This document shows positions 9,846-17,573 of a DNA stretch of 38,333 nucleotides, piece after piece. The position numbers were made by a program, and so were the translations under genes. Below the pieces are notes generated by a model. The model did no database searches, was not told the origin of the DNA, and saw only the letters and a list, made by a program, of their open reading frames with translations. Position 1 is the first letter of the stretch; every line of letters starts with the position of its first letter. Source of the DNA: a virus (Duplodnaviria > Caudoviricetes); the IMG/VR virus record IMGVR_UViG_3300038475_000012, positions 1 through 38,333 of that record; one strand, written 5' to 3'.

Positions 9846-9917
9846 CTACTCATAATTAGCTTGAGAATAAGAATGGGTAGATTCTCTCAAGCGTCTACCC
9901 TTTCTTGTTAAAAATTT

Positions 9918-10475
9918 ATGCCAAAGGGTATTTACAAGAGAGTCACACACTGGAAATTATCGGAAGAACAAAAAAGAAAAATAAGCGAAGCCAATATAGG
10001 AAGAAAAAAAGGGGGAATGCTTGGAAAAAAGCACTCTAATGAAACTAAAAGAAAAATTAGTTTATCGCAACTGGGTCAAAAGCGCTCTCCATTCACGAAG
10101 GAACACAAATTAAAAATTTCTCTTGCACATAAAGGAAAACCAAGCCCTAATGGGATGCTGGGTAAAAAACATTCTATACATACAAGAAACAAAATGTCGG
10201 AATCTCACAAGGGGAAAAAATGTTATTTATGGAAAGGTGGTATAACTCCTGAAAATCAAATAATAAGACATTCTATTGAAATAAGATTATGGAGAGAGTC
10301 TGTTTTCGCTCGTGATAATTGGATTTGTTACGAATGTGGAAAGAGAGGAGGAAGTTTACAGGCTCATCATATAAAATCATTTTCTAAATATCCAGAATTA
10401 AGAACAGCATTAGATAACGGGATAACATTGTGTAAAAAATGCCATGAAAATATTAATAAGAAAAAATATAATTAA
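9918..10475 (+). CDS. NUMOD3-repeat HNH homing endonuclease
   Basis: Repeated GKKHSxETKRKIS units; CYECG...LQAHHIK...[10 protein letters not shown]. Confidence 0.92.
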   Translation: MPKGIYKRVTHWKLSEEQKRKISEANIGRKKGGMLGKKHSNETKRKISLSQLGQKRSPFTKEHKLKISLAHKGKPSPNGMLGKKHSIHTRNKMSESHKGKKCYLWKGGITPENQIIRHSIEIRLWRESVFARDNWICYECGKRGGSLQAHHIKSFSKYPELRTALDNGITLCKKCHENINKKKYN

Positions 10476-10535
10476 ATATGTAGTTAGAAAAATTAAATTT
10501 TTAATAAGATTTTGGAGTCAAAATCGAGAAAAATA

Positions 10536-10697
10536 ATGGATACACAAGAGATTCAAAAAGAAAGTCTGCTTCTCTTAGGAATCGGGGCAGTATCAACAGG
10601 GATTGAAAGGATGGATGTTAACATCGTTCTAGGCATTGTGTTGGTAGTAGTCGGAGTAGGTTTAATTTATCTGCGTGGCTGGTTAAAGGTTAGTTAA
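10536..10697 (+). CDS. Small two-TM membrane protein (holin candidate)
   Basis: Hydrophobic helices; last gene of the late arm; ATG 10536 preferred to the track start at 10512. Confidence 0.5.
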   Translation: MDTQEIQKESLLLLGIGAVSTGIERMDVNIVLGIVLVVVGVGLIYLRGWLKVS

Positions 10698-10756
10698 AAA
10701 AAGAGCCTAGATGAGAACCCAAGTAATACTTTTAGTTCTGATATCTAGGCTTTTTA
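10696..10756. terminator. Bidirectional intrinsic terminator between convergent arms
   Basis: AAAAAAGAGCCTAGAT...ATCTAGGCTTTTTT stem with A/T tracts on both sides. Confidence 0.8.
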
Positions 10757-11077
10757 TTTAAAAAACGAAGTTCTTGCTCTCGCGCATTTAACTGAACAGC
10801 AAGGAACATAATCAGATTTTAGCCTTAACTTCATTTTTTGTTCGTTAGACAGTTGAAATTCCTTTTTACACTCAGGACAAATTGCTTTCTTTTCTTCCAA
10901 GAGTTTGTTTTCTGCTTGAAGTTCATAAAATATCCTCTTTTTTTCATAAGTATTGGTCGGCAAACATTCTTTCATCAGTCTTTCATTTTGTCTTATTTTT
11001 TCTTGGTTTGAAATCATATGTTTTTGGTTTTTTATGGAGCAGTCTTTGATTGTTATTTTATCTGGTATGTTTCTCAT
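10754..11077 (-). CDS. Hypothetical Zn-finger protein
   Basis: CPECKKEF...CCSVKC. Confidence 0.6.
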   Translation of the reverse strand: MRNIPDKITIKDCSIKNQKHMISNQEKIRQNERLMKECLPTNTYEKKRIFYELQAENKLLEEKKAICPECKKEFQLSNEQKMKLRLKSDYVPCCSVKCARARTSFFK

Positions 11078-11276
11078 ATTATTTTAGTTTATTTATTATA
11101 TTTCCGACTTGTTCAGAAAATATAAACAACAAAGTCAAACTTAACGCCACCGACCAACTAGAACTTGTCCACACAAAATAAAGAAGCACAATAGAAAATA
11201 TCAATCTTATTAACACCGCTAAATCTAGTTTATACATTTTATTTTAATTTAATAATTAACTCTCTAAAAACTTTTA

Positions 11277-11693
11277 TTATGAGGCATCAGATATATCTTT
11301 TAATCTTTCCAAAAAAGCTTCCTTTACGCTCTTCCAAAATATCTTTTTATCTTTTTGATGTTTCGCCATACTGATAAATTCTAAATATCCTGCTAAAGCT
11401 ATTTCAATCAATTCGTCTGCAACTTCTGCCTGTTCTCCGATATAAATATCATCCTTGTGAAATATAGTCATATTATCACCTTCATAAATTTTGTGCATTT
11501 TTATAATGTTCATTTGATAGGCTTGTTCTATAGATTTAATGAGGAATTCTTTAATGTCATCTATTGTGAATAAAATATCCCCCTTTTTGTTTTCATATTG
11601 CAATAGGTCTCCGATGTATGTTTTTTTACCTTGTGTATCAAACTTCTTTCTGAAGTTGTCCATTATATCTTCTATTGTTTTATTTTCTTTCAT
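11277..11693 (-). CDS. Hypothetical early protein (MKENKTIE start)
   Basis: ORF track; begins with a shared 23-bp repeat. Confidence 0.65.
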   Translation of the reverse strand: MKENKTIEDIMDNFRKKFDTQGKKTYIGDLLQYENKKGDILFTIDDIKEFLIKSIEQAYQMNIIKMHKIYEGDNMTIFHKDDIYIGEQAEVADELIEIALAGYLEFISMAKHQKDKKIFWKSVKEAFLERLKDISDAS

Positions 11694-11697
11694 AAAA

Positions 11698-11934
11698 TTA
11701 TAGTTTTTTTATTGATTTAATGCTTGGGAGTAAAGCTACTCCTTCTCCAGATTGGGCTACTATATCCTTCATCTTTTTATCCATAATTTCTTGGACTTCC
11801 GTATAACTAGAAGCGGAAACTATCTCTATACCATCGGTGCTTATTTCTTTTACTGAAAACAAACCAGTATGTAAAATCTTTACTTCGTATGATACCTCGT
11901 ATTCTCTTTTCTCTATTGTTTTATTTTCTTTCAT
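11698..11934 (-). CDS. Hypothetical early protein (MKENKTIE start)
   Basis: ORF track; begins with the shared 23-bp repeat. Confidence 0.65.
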   Translation of the reverse strand: MKENKTIEKREYEVSYEVKILHTGLFSVKEISTDGIEIVSASSYTEVQEIMDKKMKDIVAQSGEGVALLPSIKSIKKL

Positions 11935-12076
11935 TTTTTTCTTCTAATTCGTTTATTTTATCTAATAATTCCCTCATAGCTTTTTTAAAATTTACCTTGT
12001 TTCTGTTCACTCCATAAGTATACATAAGCCGTAATGTCCAATACACCTAATATTCTATTGTTTTATTTTCTTTCAT
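11921..12076 (-). pseudogene. Third MKENKTIE gene, interrupted by TAG at codon 10
   Basis: MKENKTIEY* then the frame stays open for 41 more codons to TAA at 11921. Confidence 0.5.
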
Positions 12077-12084
12077 ATTATTTA

Positions 12085-12315
12085 TTAGGTTTTTAATTTA
12101 GATAAAATATCGTCTAATGCAATTTCGTATTCCTTGGTTTTTCCGATTAATTCCATTGTTTCTATCATCTCTATTATCCGCGCTTTTCCGTCTTCTTTGC
12201 CTTGTTGATAGCTTAATTCTTTTTGTTTGCGAATGAAGTCAGTTACATCTTCCATATATCCGCTTCCGCCTTTAGTTAATTCACAAAATTTTTCTTCCCA
12301 TTGTTCTTTTTTCAT
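12085..12315 (-). CDS. Hypothetical early protein
   Basis: ORF track; YQQGKEDGK motif common in small phage proteins. Confidence 0.65.
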   Translation of the reverse strand: MKKEQWEEKFCELTKGGSGYMEDVTDFIRKQKELSYQQGKEDGKARIIEMIETMELIGKTKEYEIALDDILSKLKT

Positions 12316-12482
12316 ATTATTTATTTAAGTTTCCAAATAGTTCATCAATCACTTCCGGTCTATATTCGACTTCCGCCACTCCGGTATAGGTTCCGCAGAT
12401 TTCGCATCGACCTAGTCCGTATTTTATAGGTCGGTATTCTTTATGTTTTTCTCCGCAACTATGGCAGATTTGTTTGTACATA

Positions 12483-12833
12483 TTATTTTTCATTTAAAAC
12501 CCAAATTATCCAAAATATCGCTCCGATGTATATTGAGCCGAAGATAAGAACTAGCGGGTCTTGCGAATACAGATAAATTGATACAATTTCCCAAGCTATC
12601 CATAAGAGAATAGCTGATACTAAGAAATACAGTGTTCTCCATAAATACTTTTCGATTATTGCGAAATTATATCCTATCGAAAACGAACTAATTCTTTTCA
12701 GTAATATAGGTTTTTCTTTACAGTTTTTAGTTTCCCATTTGCAATGTTGATATCCCCATTTAATTCTATTCATAGATTTTTTTTCGTAAGCGGATGAACT
12801 TCCGCAAATTCCTTTATTCATAAGTTTTATCAA
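12483..12833 (-). CDS. Membrane protein (2 TM)
   Basis: Hydrophobic C-terminal half. Confidence 0.55.
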   Translation of the reverse strand: MIKLMNKGICGSSSAYEKKSMNRIKWGYQHCKWETKNCKEKPILLKRISSFSIGYNFAIIEKYLWRTLYFLVSAILLWIAWEIVSIYLYSQDPLVLIFGSIYIGAIFWIIWVLNEK

Positions 12834-13260
12834 TTAAGTCTTCTATATTAGGAAAGTTTATTTGTATATCTAATCTTTCAGCTATCGCCCGCTCAAATAC
12901 TTTTATCAATTCTGAAAATTCTATCTTGTCCAGTTTTGCGGTCGAGTCTTTTTTGAACATCTTTTTCCCTGTTAGCCGGAAGAAGTCTTTTAGTATTGTC
13001 GGAGTGATTGGTATTTCTGTCGGATTTTTTATAAGCATATCAATCGTCAATCCTTTTTCATTGGCTTCATCTGAAATCTGTTTGAGCCAGAGATGCAAGG
13101 CGTCATTTTGATTAAGGCTTCTTATTCCGCTTACTTTCTTGCAACCTCTGACTTTTAGTCCTAACTGATGAATAGCCTTGGTGGCTTCTTGTTCATTTTC
13201 CGATTCCACTAGGATTTTAATTTCAAATAGTTTCTTCATAGATTCGCGCCTAAGGCTCAA
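12814..13260 (-). CDS. NinB/Orf-like recombination protein
   Basis: RSLNQNDALHLWLKQIS...STAKLDKIEFSELI pattern; likely start 13239. Confidence 0.7.
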   Translation of the reverse strand: MSLRRESMKKLFEIKILVESENEQEATKAIHQLGLKVRGCKKVSGIRSLNQNDALHLWLKQISDEANEKGLTIDMLIKNPTEIPITPTILKDFFRLTGKKMFKKDSTAKLDKIEFSELIKVFERAIAERLDIQINFPNIEDLIDKTYE

Positions 13261-13285
13261 AATGGACTTGTACGGGCTTTAATCA

Positions 13286-13840
13286 CTAAAAGGCTACATC
13301 TATGTCGGGTGTTTCTTCTGAGGGCTGTTTCCACTTCTTATCGAAAGGATTTTCTCCGTAGAAAAGAGCCTCTAGTTTTACCGGATTATCTTCAACCATT
13401 TTCTTTTCTTTATCATTCAAAGGTTTGTGCGGGCTGGCTATTGTTGAGTATCGCCTATCCATTCCTTTTCCTGTTCCGGTTATTGAGATATCGTATTCAG
13501 TTACATCTCCCCAGTCTTCATTGGTTAAGTAAGCCTCTAAATCTCGCATTACGCTGGCTTGCGTGAGTTCAAGAATCTTAATTCCGCTTAAATCGTTTCT
13601 ATCTATCACTGGGAAAGCCCAGAAATGCTTAATGTTATAAGATCCATTGTCTTCAAGTTTTATATCGGCTGGTTTTTCTTGCGGATTGTTTTTTAATCTG
13701 ACTGGTTTTTTATCTTGAGTCCAGTACTCAAAACCTATTACCGCGTTGCCTATTACTCGGAACTTAATTGTTCCTTCTATTAACTTCAAATAGTTGCTTG
13801 ATTCTTTGGGTGCAACATAACCCTTTGGTAAGAATGACAT
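13286..13840 (-). CDS. Single-stranded DNA-binding protein (gp32-like)
   Basis: YLKL..G..KFRV, IKILEL, WGD..EYDI.I...G.G pattern and acidic tail ending DIDVAF. Confidence 0.65.
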   Translation of the reverse strand: MSFLPKGYVAPKESSNYLKLIEGTIKFRVIGNAVIGFEYWTQDKKPVRLKNNPQEKPADIKLEDNGSYNIKHFWAFPVIDRNDLSGIKILELTQASVMRDLEAYLTNEDWGDVTEYDISITGTGKGMDRRYSTIASPHKPLNDKEKKMVEDNPVKLEALFYGENPFDKKWKQPSEETPDIDVAF

Positions 13841-13844
13841 AGTT

Positions 13845-14033
13845 TTATTTATAAAAATTATTACGCTCGTTATCTTCTCTTTCTTTATCTTTCATTCCAT
13901 AAGCGTCAGGATGTAGTGGCCAGTTATCACATAGCCAATCCACAAACATATCATTTCTTATGGCATCTATCAGTCCGCCGTCTTTGGGGTTTTCTGATAG
14001 GTCTGGGCATTCAACCCTCATTGGTTTAATCAT
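13845..14033 (-). CDS. Hypothetical protein
   Basis: ORF track; in the early operon. Confidence 0.6.
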   Translation of the reverse strand: MIKPMRVECPDLSENPKDGGLIDAIRNDMFVDWLCDNWPLHPDAYGMKDKEREDNERNNFYK

Positions 14034-14041
14034 AGTTTTTC

Positions 14042-14094
14042 AGCAAGGAGAGTAGTAGTCGCGAGGAGTTGCGCCTCATACTACCCTCTTTGCT
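14042..14094 (-). other. Long hairpin capped by GAGG-CGCAACU-CCUC (T-loop-like)
   Basis: AGCAAAGAGGGTAGTA pairs with TACTACTCTCCTTGCT; ends 8 nt before ATG 14033. Confidence 0.6.
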
Positions 14095-14111
14095 AGTTAC
14101 GACTTAAGATA

Positions 14112-14411
14112 GGGGGATTGATAGGATATTATATCCAGAGAGTTGGTTAAGTATTCTTTAACAGTTCGGATTTTAAGATTTCTGGTGTTATTAAAATAAT
14201 GGTTATTGATTACAATTTAGCATTTAAGATTTTTTCTAACTTTCGCTCTAACCAGCTGAGCTACGAGGTTTCCCCCGACTGGAATCGAACCAGTGACATA
14301 AAGTTCCAATAGAATTTAGATAATGGAGTTGTAAATTGCAATTTACTGCGATGTTTAAGGCACATCGTCCAAAGCCTTCTCTCTCGCTATATAATATCCA
14401 TCCAATCCCCC
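14112..14411 (-). ncRNA. ~300-nt structured ncRNA with a circularly permuted tRNA-like domain (YrlA/Y-RNA-like)
   Basis: Terminal stem GGGGGATTGGATGGATATTATAT / ATATAATATCCTATCAATCCCCC encloses T-arm, GAAA-capped acceptor stem and D-arm (14238-14305). Confidence 0.85.
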
Positions 14412-14418
14412 AATAAAA

Positions 14419-14715
14419 TTATTTATCGAAAGGATTTTCTTTATCAGTGAAATCAACGTCAAATTCCCAATTGGCTTTCTGAATTGAAGCATCTAACTTT
14501 CTGAGTGATGACGCATACTTATCATATTCTGCGGTAACTTCAGAAAGTGTCATTTTAGGAACTTGGATTGATACTTCATCTACTTGTTCAGATACATTTA
14601 CTCTACTTACTTTAGTGGCAAATATACCTTGTTCTCCCATAGCCTTTATAGGCTCTAATTGATTAACTTTTTTTTCTAGTTGCTTTCTTAGAAGCAACGC
14701 TTGTGCAATTTTCAT
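14419..14715 (-). CDS. Short DIP1984-like coiled-coil protein
   Basis: N-terminal MKIAQALLLRKQL and C-terminal LRKLDASIQKANW match my recollection of the family termini (MKLAEAL..R / LD..IQ..NW). Confidence 0.7.
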   Translation of the reverse strand: MKIAQALLLRKQLEKKVNQLEPIKAMGEQGIFATKVSRVNVSEQVDEVSIQVPKMTLSEVTAEYDKYASSLRKLDASIQKANWEFDVDFTDKENPFDK

Positions 14716-14732
14716 TTAATTGTTCTTAATGA

Positions 14733-15314
14733 TTATAAATACTTTTTGTATTCGCCAGTGTTGTATGTAGTCCAGCGAGTCCAAGATCCTTTGTCCTTTA
14801 TCTCTTTTGCTATCCTGATATTCTCAGAGGTATTTTTTAATATTGCCTCGGAATAATCGTGATAGATTTGAGATATTTGGAATAAACCGATACTTGGTTT
14901 TGACAAGTGATTATCGCCTATCCTGTCAGCTACGCCGCCTGATTCGGCAAGCATAATTGCTCTAGCTACGGGATAGTCTTCTTCTCCGAAAACCTTGTAC
15001 ACTTCTTTCTCAATGTCGCTAGAGGGGAAAGTTGACGATCCAGAGCTTCCCTTAGCTTCCGATAACGGGATAGGAGATGCTTTCACTTCTCCGTCCTTGT
15101 CATTACCATTGGAAGCCCCTAAAGCTTCATTTATCTTTATGCTTACTATGCTTGAAGCCAGTAATTGTTTATACAGCGGTTTAACCTCATAATATAAAAT
15201 AGTGTAGGAAACCCCTATCGACAAACATATTACTGCTAAAAAAAATCTTGAGTTTTTAAGTTGCCTCCAGTAACGCTTGGTTACTTCTTTCCCCCATTGT
15301 TTGAATCTTTTCAT
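14733..15314 (-). CDS. Membrane-anchored lytic transglycosylase (SLT/lysozyme-like)
   Basis: N-terminal TM; IMLAESGG catalytic Glu, GLFQI and W..W motifs. Confidence 0.8.
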   Translation of the reverse strand: MKRFKQWGKEVTKRYWRQLKNSRFFLAVICLSIGVSYTILYYEVKPLYKQLLASSIVSIKINEALGASNGNDKDGEVKASPIPLSEAKGSSGSSTFPSSDIEKEVYKVFGEEDYPVARAIMLAESGGVADRIGDNHLSKPSIGLFQISQIYHDYSEAILKNTSENIRIAKEIKDKGSWTRWTTYNTGEYKKYL

Positions 15315-15348
15315 TTTGAGTATTGCTACTCACCCTTAGCTTTTTGTT

Positions 15349-15744
15349 TTAATTTTTTAATTTTTCTGCGGCTACTGATAGGATATTACATCTATCAACG
15401 AACCCAGTTTTACCTATATAGAAATCGTGTTTTATAGGAGGAGTTACCGAGTTATACATTAGTATTCTTTCTTGTCTTGGAAGTAACGGTCCTTGTCCTA
15501 TAAGCGGTTCTGGTTGAGTAATCCATACAGCTATCAGTCCTATTATTACTCCGAAAAATAGCCCTGCACAGATTGCCATTACCCATTTTTGAAAGCTATC
15601 TGTTTTGACTTTTACTAATCTCTTATAGTTCCAATCAAAGTCATTTAGGCATTTAACTGGAATTTTTTTGCTATGCAATAGTTCCCTTATTTCTTCCAAA
15701 GCGTCTAACTCTGAAACAAATTGTCCTTTTTTATTCCTGTACAT
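15349..15744 (-). CDS. Single-pass membrane protein
   Basis: RNKKGQFV N-terminus, TM helix, then PLIGQGPLLP. Confidence 0.65.
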   Translation of the reverse strand: MYRNKKGQFVSELDALEEIRELLHSKKIPVKCLNDFDWNYKRLVKVKTDSFQKWVMAICAGLFFGVIIGLIAVWITQPEPLIGQGPLLPRQERILMYNSVTPPIKHDFYIGKTGFVDRCNILSVAAEKLKN

Positions 15745-16003
15745 TTCCTTGAATTTTATTTTTTATAAATGCCGGAGCTTCTGTGACTTGTTCGTATTCA
15801 TCGCTTGATACTTCGAAACCGATATAGGCGACCTTATCCATATTTAATTTTTGTCCTGACTCTAGTGTGATTTGAATATTCATTTTTTTGTGTCCTTTCT
15901 AAGTGTTAAAATTAATCTTAGTTGCTTTGCCGTTCCGACCCAAGCGACAAGCAGATACGGTTTCTTTTTTTTCATTTGGTTTATGTTAATTGATTACCTA
16001 GCA

Positions 16004-16032
16004 ATGATAGCACAGGTAATACAGAAAGTCAA
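16004..16032 (-). promoter_or_regulatory. Sigma70-type early promoter
   Basis: TTGACT-17 nt-TATCAT with TGC extended -10. Confidence 0.75.
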
Positions 16033-16042
16033 GGGCAATATT

Positions 16043-16210
16043 TCACTTTACTTTCAATAACTCTCTTTCTTGGCTTATTATGGCAAAAATACGCTGTCTT
16101 GATATACCGTATTTTTCAGTAAGTTTTTTATAAGTCCATCCCTTTTCTCGCAACTTTAAAATAGTCCGATTTCTTTTTTCAAGTTTCAAAAGTTTTTCCG
16201 CGTAAGTCAT
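16043..16210 (-). CDS. 55-aa HTH DNA-binding protein (Mor/Cro-like)
   Basis: Translated by hand: RNRTILKLREKGWTYKKLTEKYGISRQRIFAII. Confidence 0.75.
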   Translation of the reverse strand: MTYAEKLLKLEKRNRTILKLREKGWTYKKLTEKYGISRQRIFAIISQERELLKVK

Positions 16211-16287
16211 TTTTTTTAGTTAAATTTATTATTGCTTATTTAAGCCTAGTTCTAGTTTCAAGGCTATCTATGTACCATTTAGTGGTG

Positions 16288-16599
16288 TCAATCCTGTGCT
16301 GGCGACCTTTTTAAACTTTTTAGGGCAATTCTGCCCCGCTCAGCCAACTTTTCTTTTTCTTCTTTAGACAATGCTTCAAATTTAATCTTTCCAGCATATT
16401 CGGCATCAGTTAATCCTATTTTTGGAAGCCCCCATTTTTTTCCAATTTGCAACCTTACATTTTTTTCCATAGTGCATTTTTTATCACCGCTAACAGATAC
16501 TCTTAATTTAATATCCATATCAAGTGGACATTTTGGAACATCGCAGAAATCAAAACGAGGGCAGTCTTCCATTATTTTTACTTTTGTTGCTTCGTCCAT
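16288..16599 (-). CDS. Hypothetical Cys-containing protein
   Basis: CPRFDFCDVPKCPLD motif; has its own promoter. Confidence 0.65.
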   Translation of the reverse strand: MDEATKVKIMEDCPRFDFCDVPKCPLDMDIKLRVSVSGDKKCTMEKNVRLQIGKKWGLPKIGLTDAEYAGKIKFEALSKEEKEKLAERGRIALKSLKRSPAQD

Positions 16600-16627
16600 T
16601 TTTTAAATCTTAACTAGTTACAAAGTA

Positions 16628-16656
16628 ATACTAGCACGGAATAGAAAATATTGCAA
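16628..16656 (-). promoter_or_regulatory. Leftward promoter of the divergent pair
   Basis: TTGCAA-17 nt-TAGTAT with TGC extended -10. Confidence 0.65.
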
Positions 16657-16664
16657 GTGTGTGC

Positions 16665-16693
16665 TTGACACAATGGAAAAAATAATATATACT
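16665..16693 (+). promoter_or_regulatory. Rightward promoter of the divergent pair
   Basis: TTGACA-17 nt-TATACT. Confidence 0.8.
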
Positions 16694-16803
16694 TAAAACA
16701 GTTGAAACATAACAAGTTGGAGAGAATTGTTGGATGAATTGTGCTTATTGTCTTGCCGAGCATAATTTCCGAAAGCTTCCCGCAATTCTCTCCCTTCCCA
16801 AAT

Positions 16804-17553
16804 ATGAAAAAGATTTCAATTACTAATTTCAGAAAATATGTTTCGATGATTGAAAGGCTGGAACAAGAATTTTCAAGATATCCCTTGGTGGAAGAATTTA
16901 TTGTTGAATCTGAATTAGATGAAGAAACTGCTAAAGAGATCTATTATTTTATTAGAGATGATGTTGAAATACCAGAAGATGACTCCAGCAGTTATGAATT
17001 AATTATCAGAAGAGGATTGGGAAACAACGAATTAAAAAAACTCAGGGTTAAATCAAATTTAACTCAGGCGCAGTTAGGAATTAAACTAGGATTTGGAAAA
17101 CAAACAGTTACATCTTGGGAAACCTGTAGGGCATATCCTAGTGAGTATCAAAGAAAAAAAGTAGCTAAGTTTTTTAGAGTTGATGAGAATAATCTTTTTC
17201 CAAAATGGCTGGAGTTTATCGCGGACGAGATTAAAAACTCAGAAACTGAAAAAGTTGTGGAAATAGGAAAATTAAGACTGAACAATCCTGACGTACTTAT
17301 GATTGAAGATGATACTATGAAATCTCCAGAAAGAATTATAGATCAGATAAAGGGAAAAGAGCTATTAGAAAAAGCAGAAAAAATATTAACACCAAAAGAA
17401 TTAAGCTTAATTAGGTACCGATTTGGTTTTGAAGACGGATCTACTCACACGTTAGTCGAAACTGGAAGAGAATATGGAGTTACGCAAGAAAGAATCCGAC
17501 AAATTGAAGCTAAGGCAATAGAAAAAATAAGAAATCGTTTAGTTTCCTCTTAG
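16804..17553 (+). CDS. Regulator: sigma70 region 3-like + XRE HTH + sigma70 region 4
   Basis: LKKLR...LTQAQLG..LG...QTVTSWE (XRE); LTPKE...IRYRFGFEDG..HTL.E.G..YGVTQERIRQIEAKA (region 4); ATG 16804 follows a leader hairpin. Confidence 0.85.
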   Translation: MKKISITNFRKYVSMIERLEQEFSRYPLVEEFIVESELDEETAKEIYYFIRDDVEIPEDDSSSYELIIRRGLGNNELKKLRVKSNLTQAQLGIKLGFGKQTVTSWETCRAYPSEYQRKKVAKFFRVDENNLFPKWLEFIADEIKNSETEKVVEIGKLRLNNPDVLMIEDDTMKSPERIIDQIKGKELLEKAEKILTPKELSLIRYRFGFEDGSTHTLVETGREYGVTQERIRQIEAKAIEKIRNRLVSS

Positions 17554-17573
17554 GGAAAGTTAATAATTAAATT

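Larger units (their letters stand above)
11671..12076 (-). repeat. Three identical 23-bp gene-start repeats ATGAAAGAAAATAAAACAATAGA
   Basis: Copies at 11671-11693, 11912-11934 and 12054-12076. Confidence 0.9.

Noticed and set aside
9918-10475. Group I intron around the HNH gene
   Set aside because: The flanking genes are not split, the HNH has its own promoter, and no intron core elements were recognised
12047-12049. TAG stop-codon reassignment
   Set aside because: Only one in-frame TAG was noticed; long genes are intact in code 11 and several (SSB, sigma-like, terS) end sensibly at TAG
11671-12076. CRISPR mini-array
   Set aside because: The repeats are coding gene starts with unequal spacing of 241 and 142 bp; no cas genes
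14238-14305. Canonical tRNA gene or attP-derived tRNA fragment
   Set aside because: The halves are in permuted order, joined by GAAA, with no anticodon loop or CCA; no integrase is present
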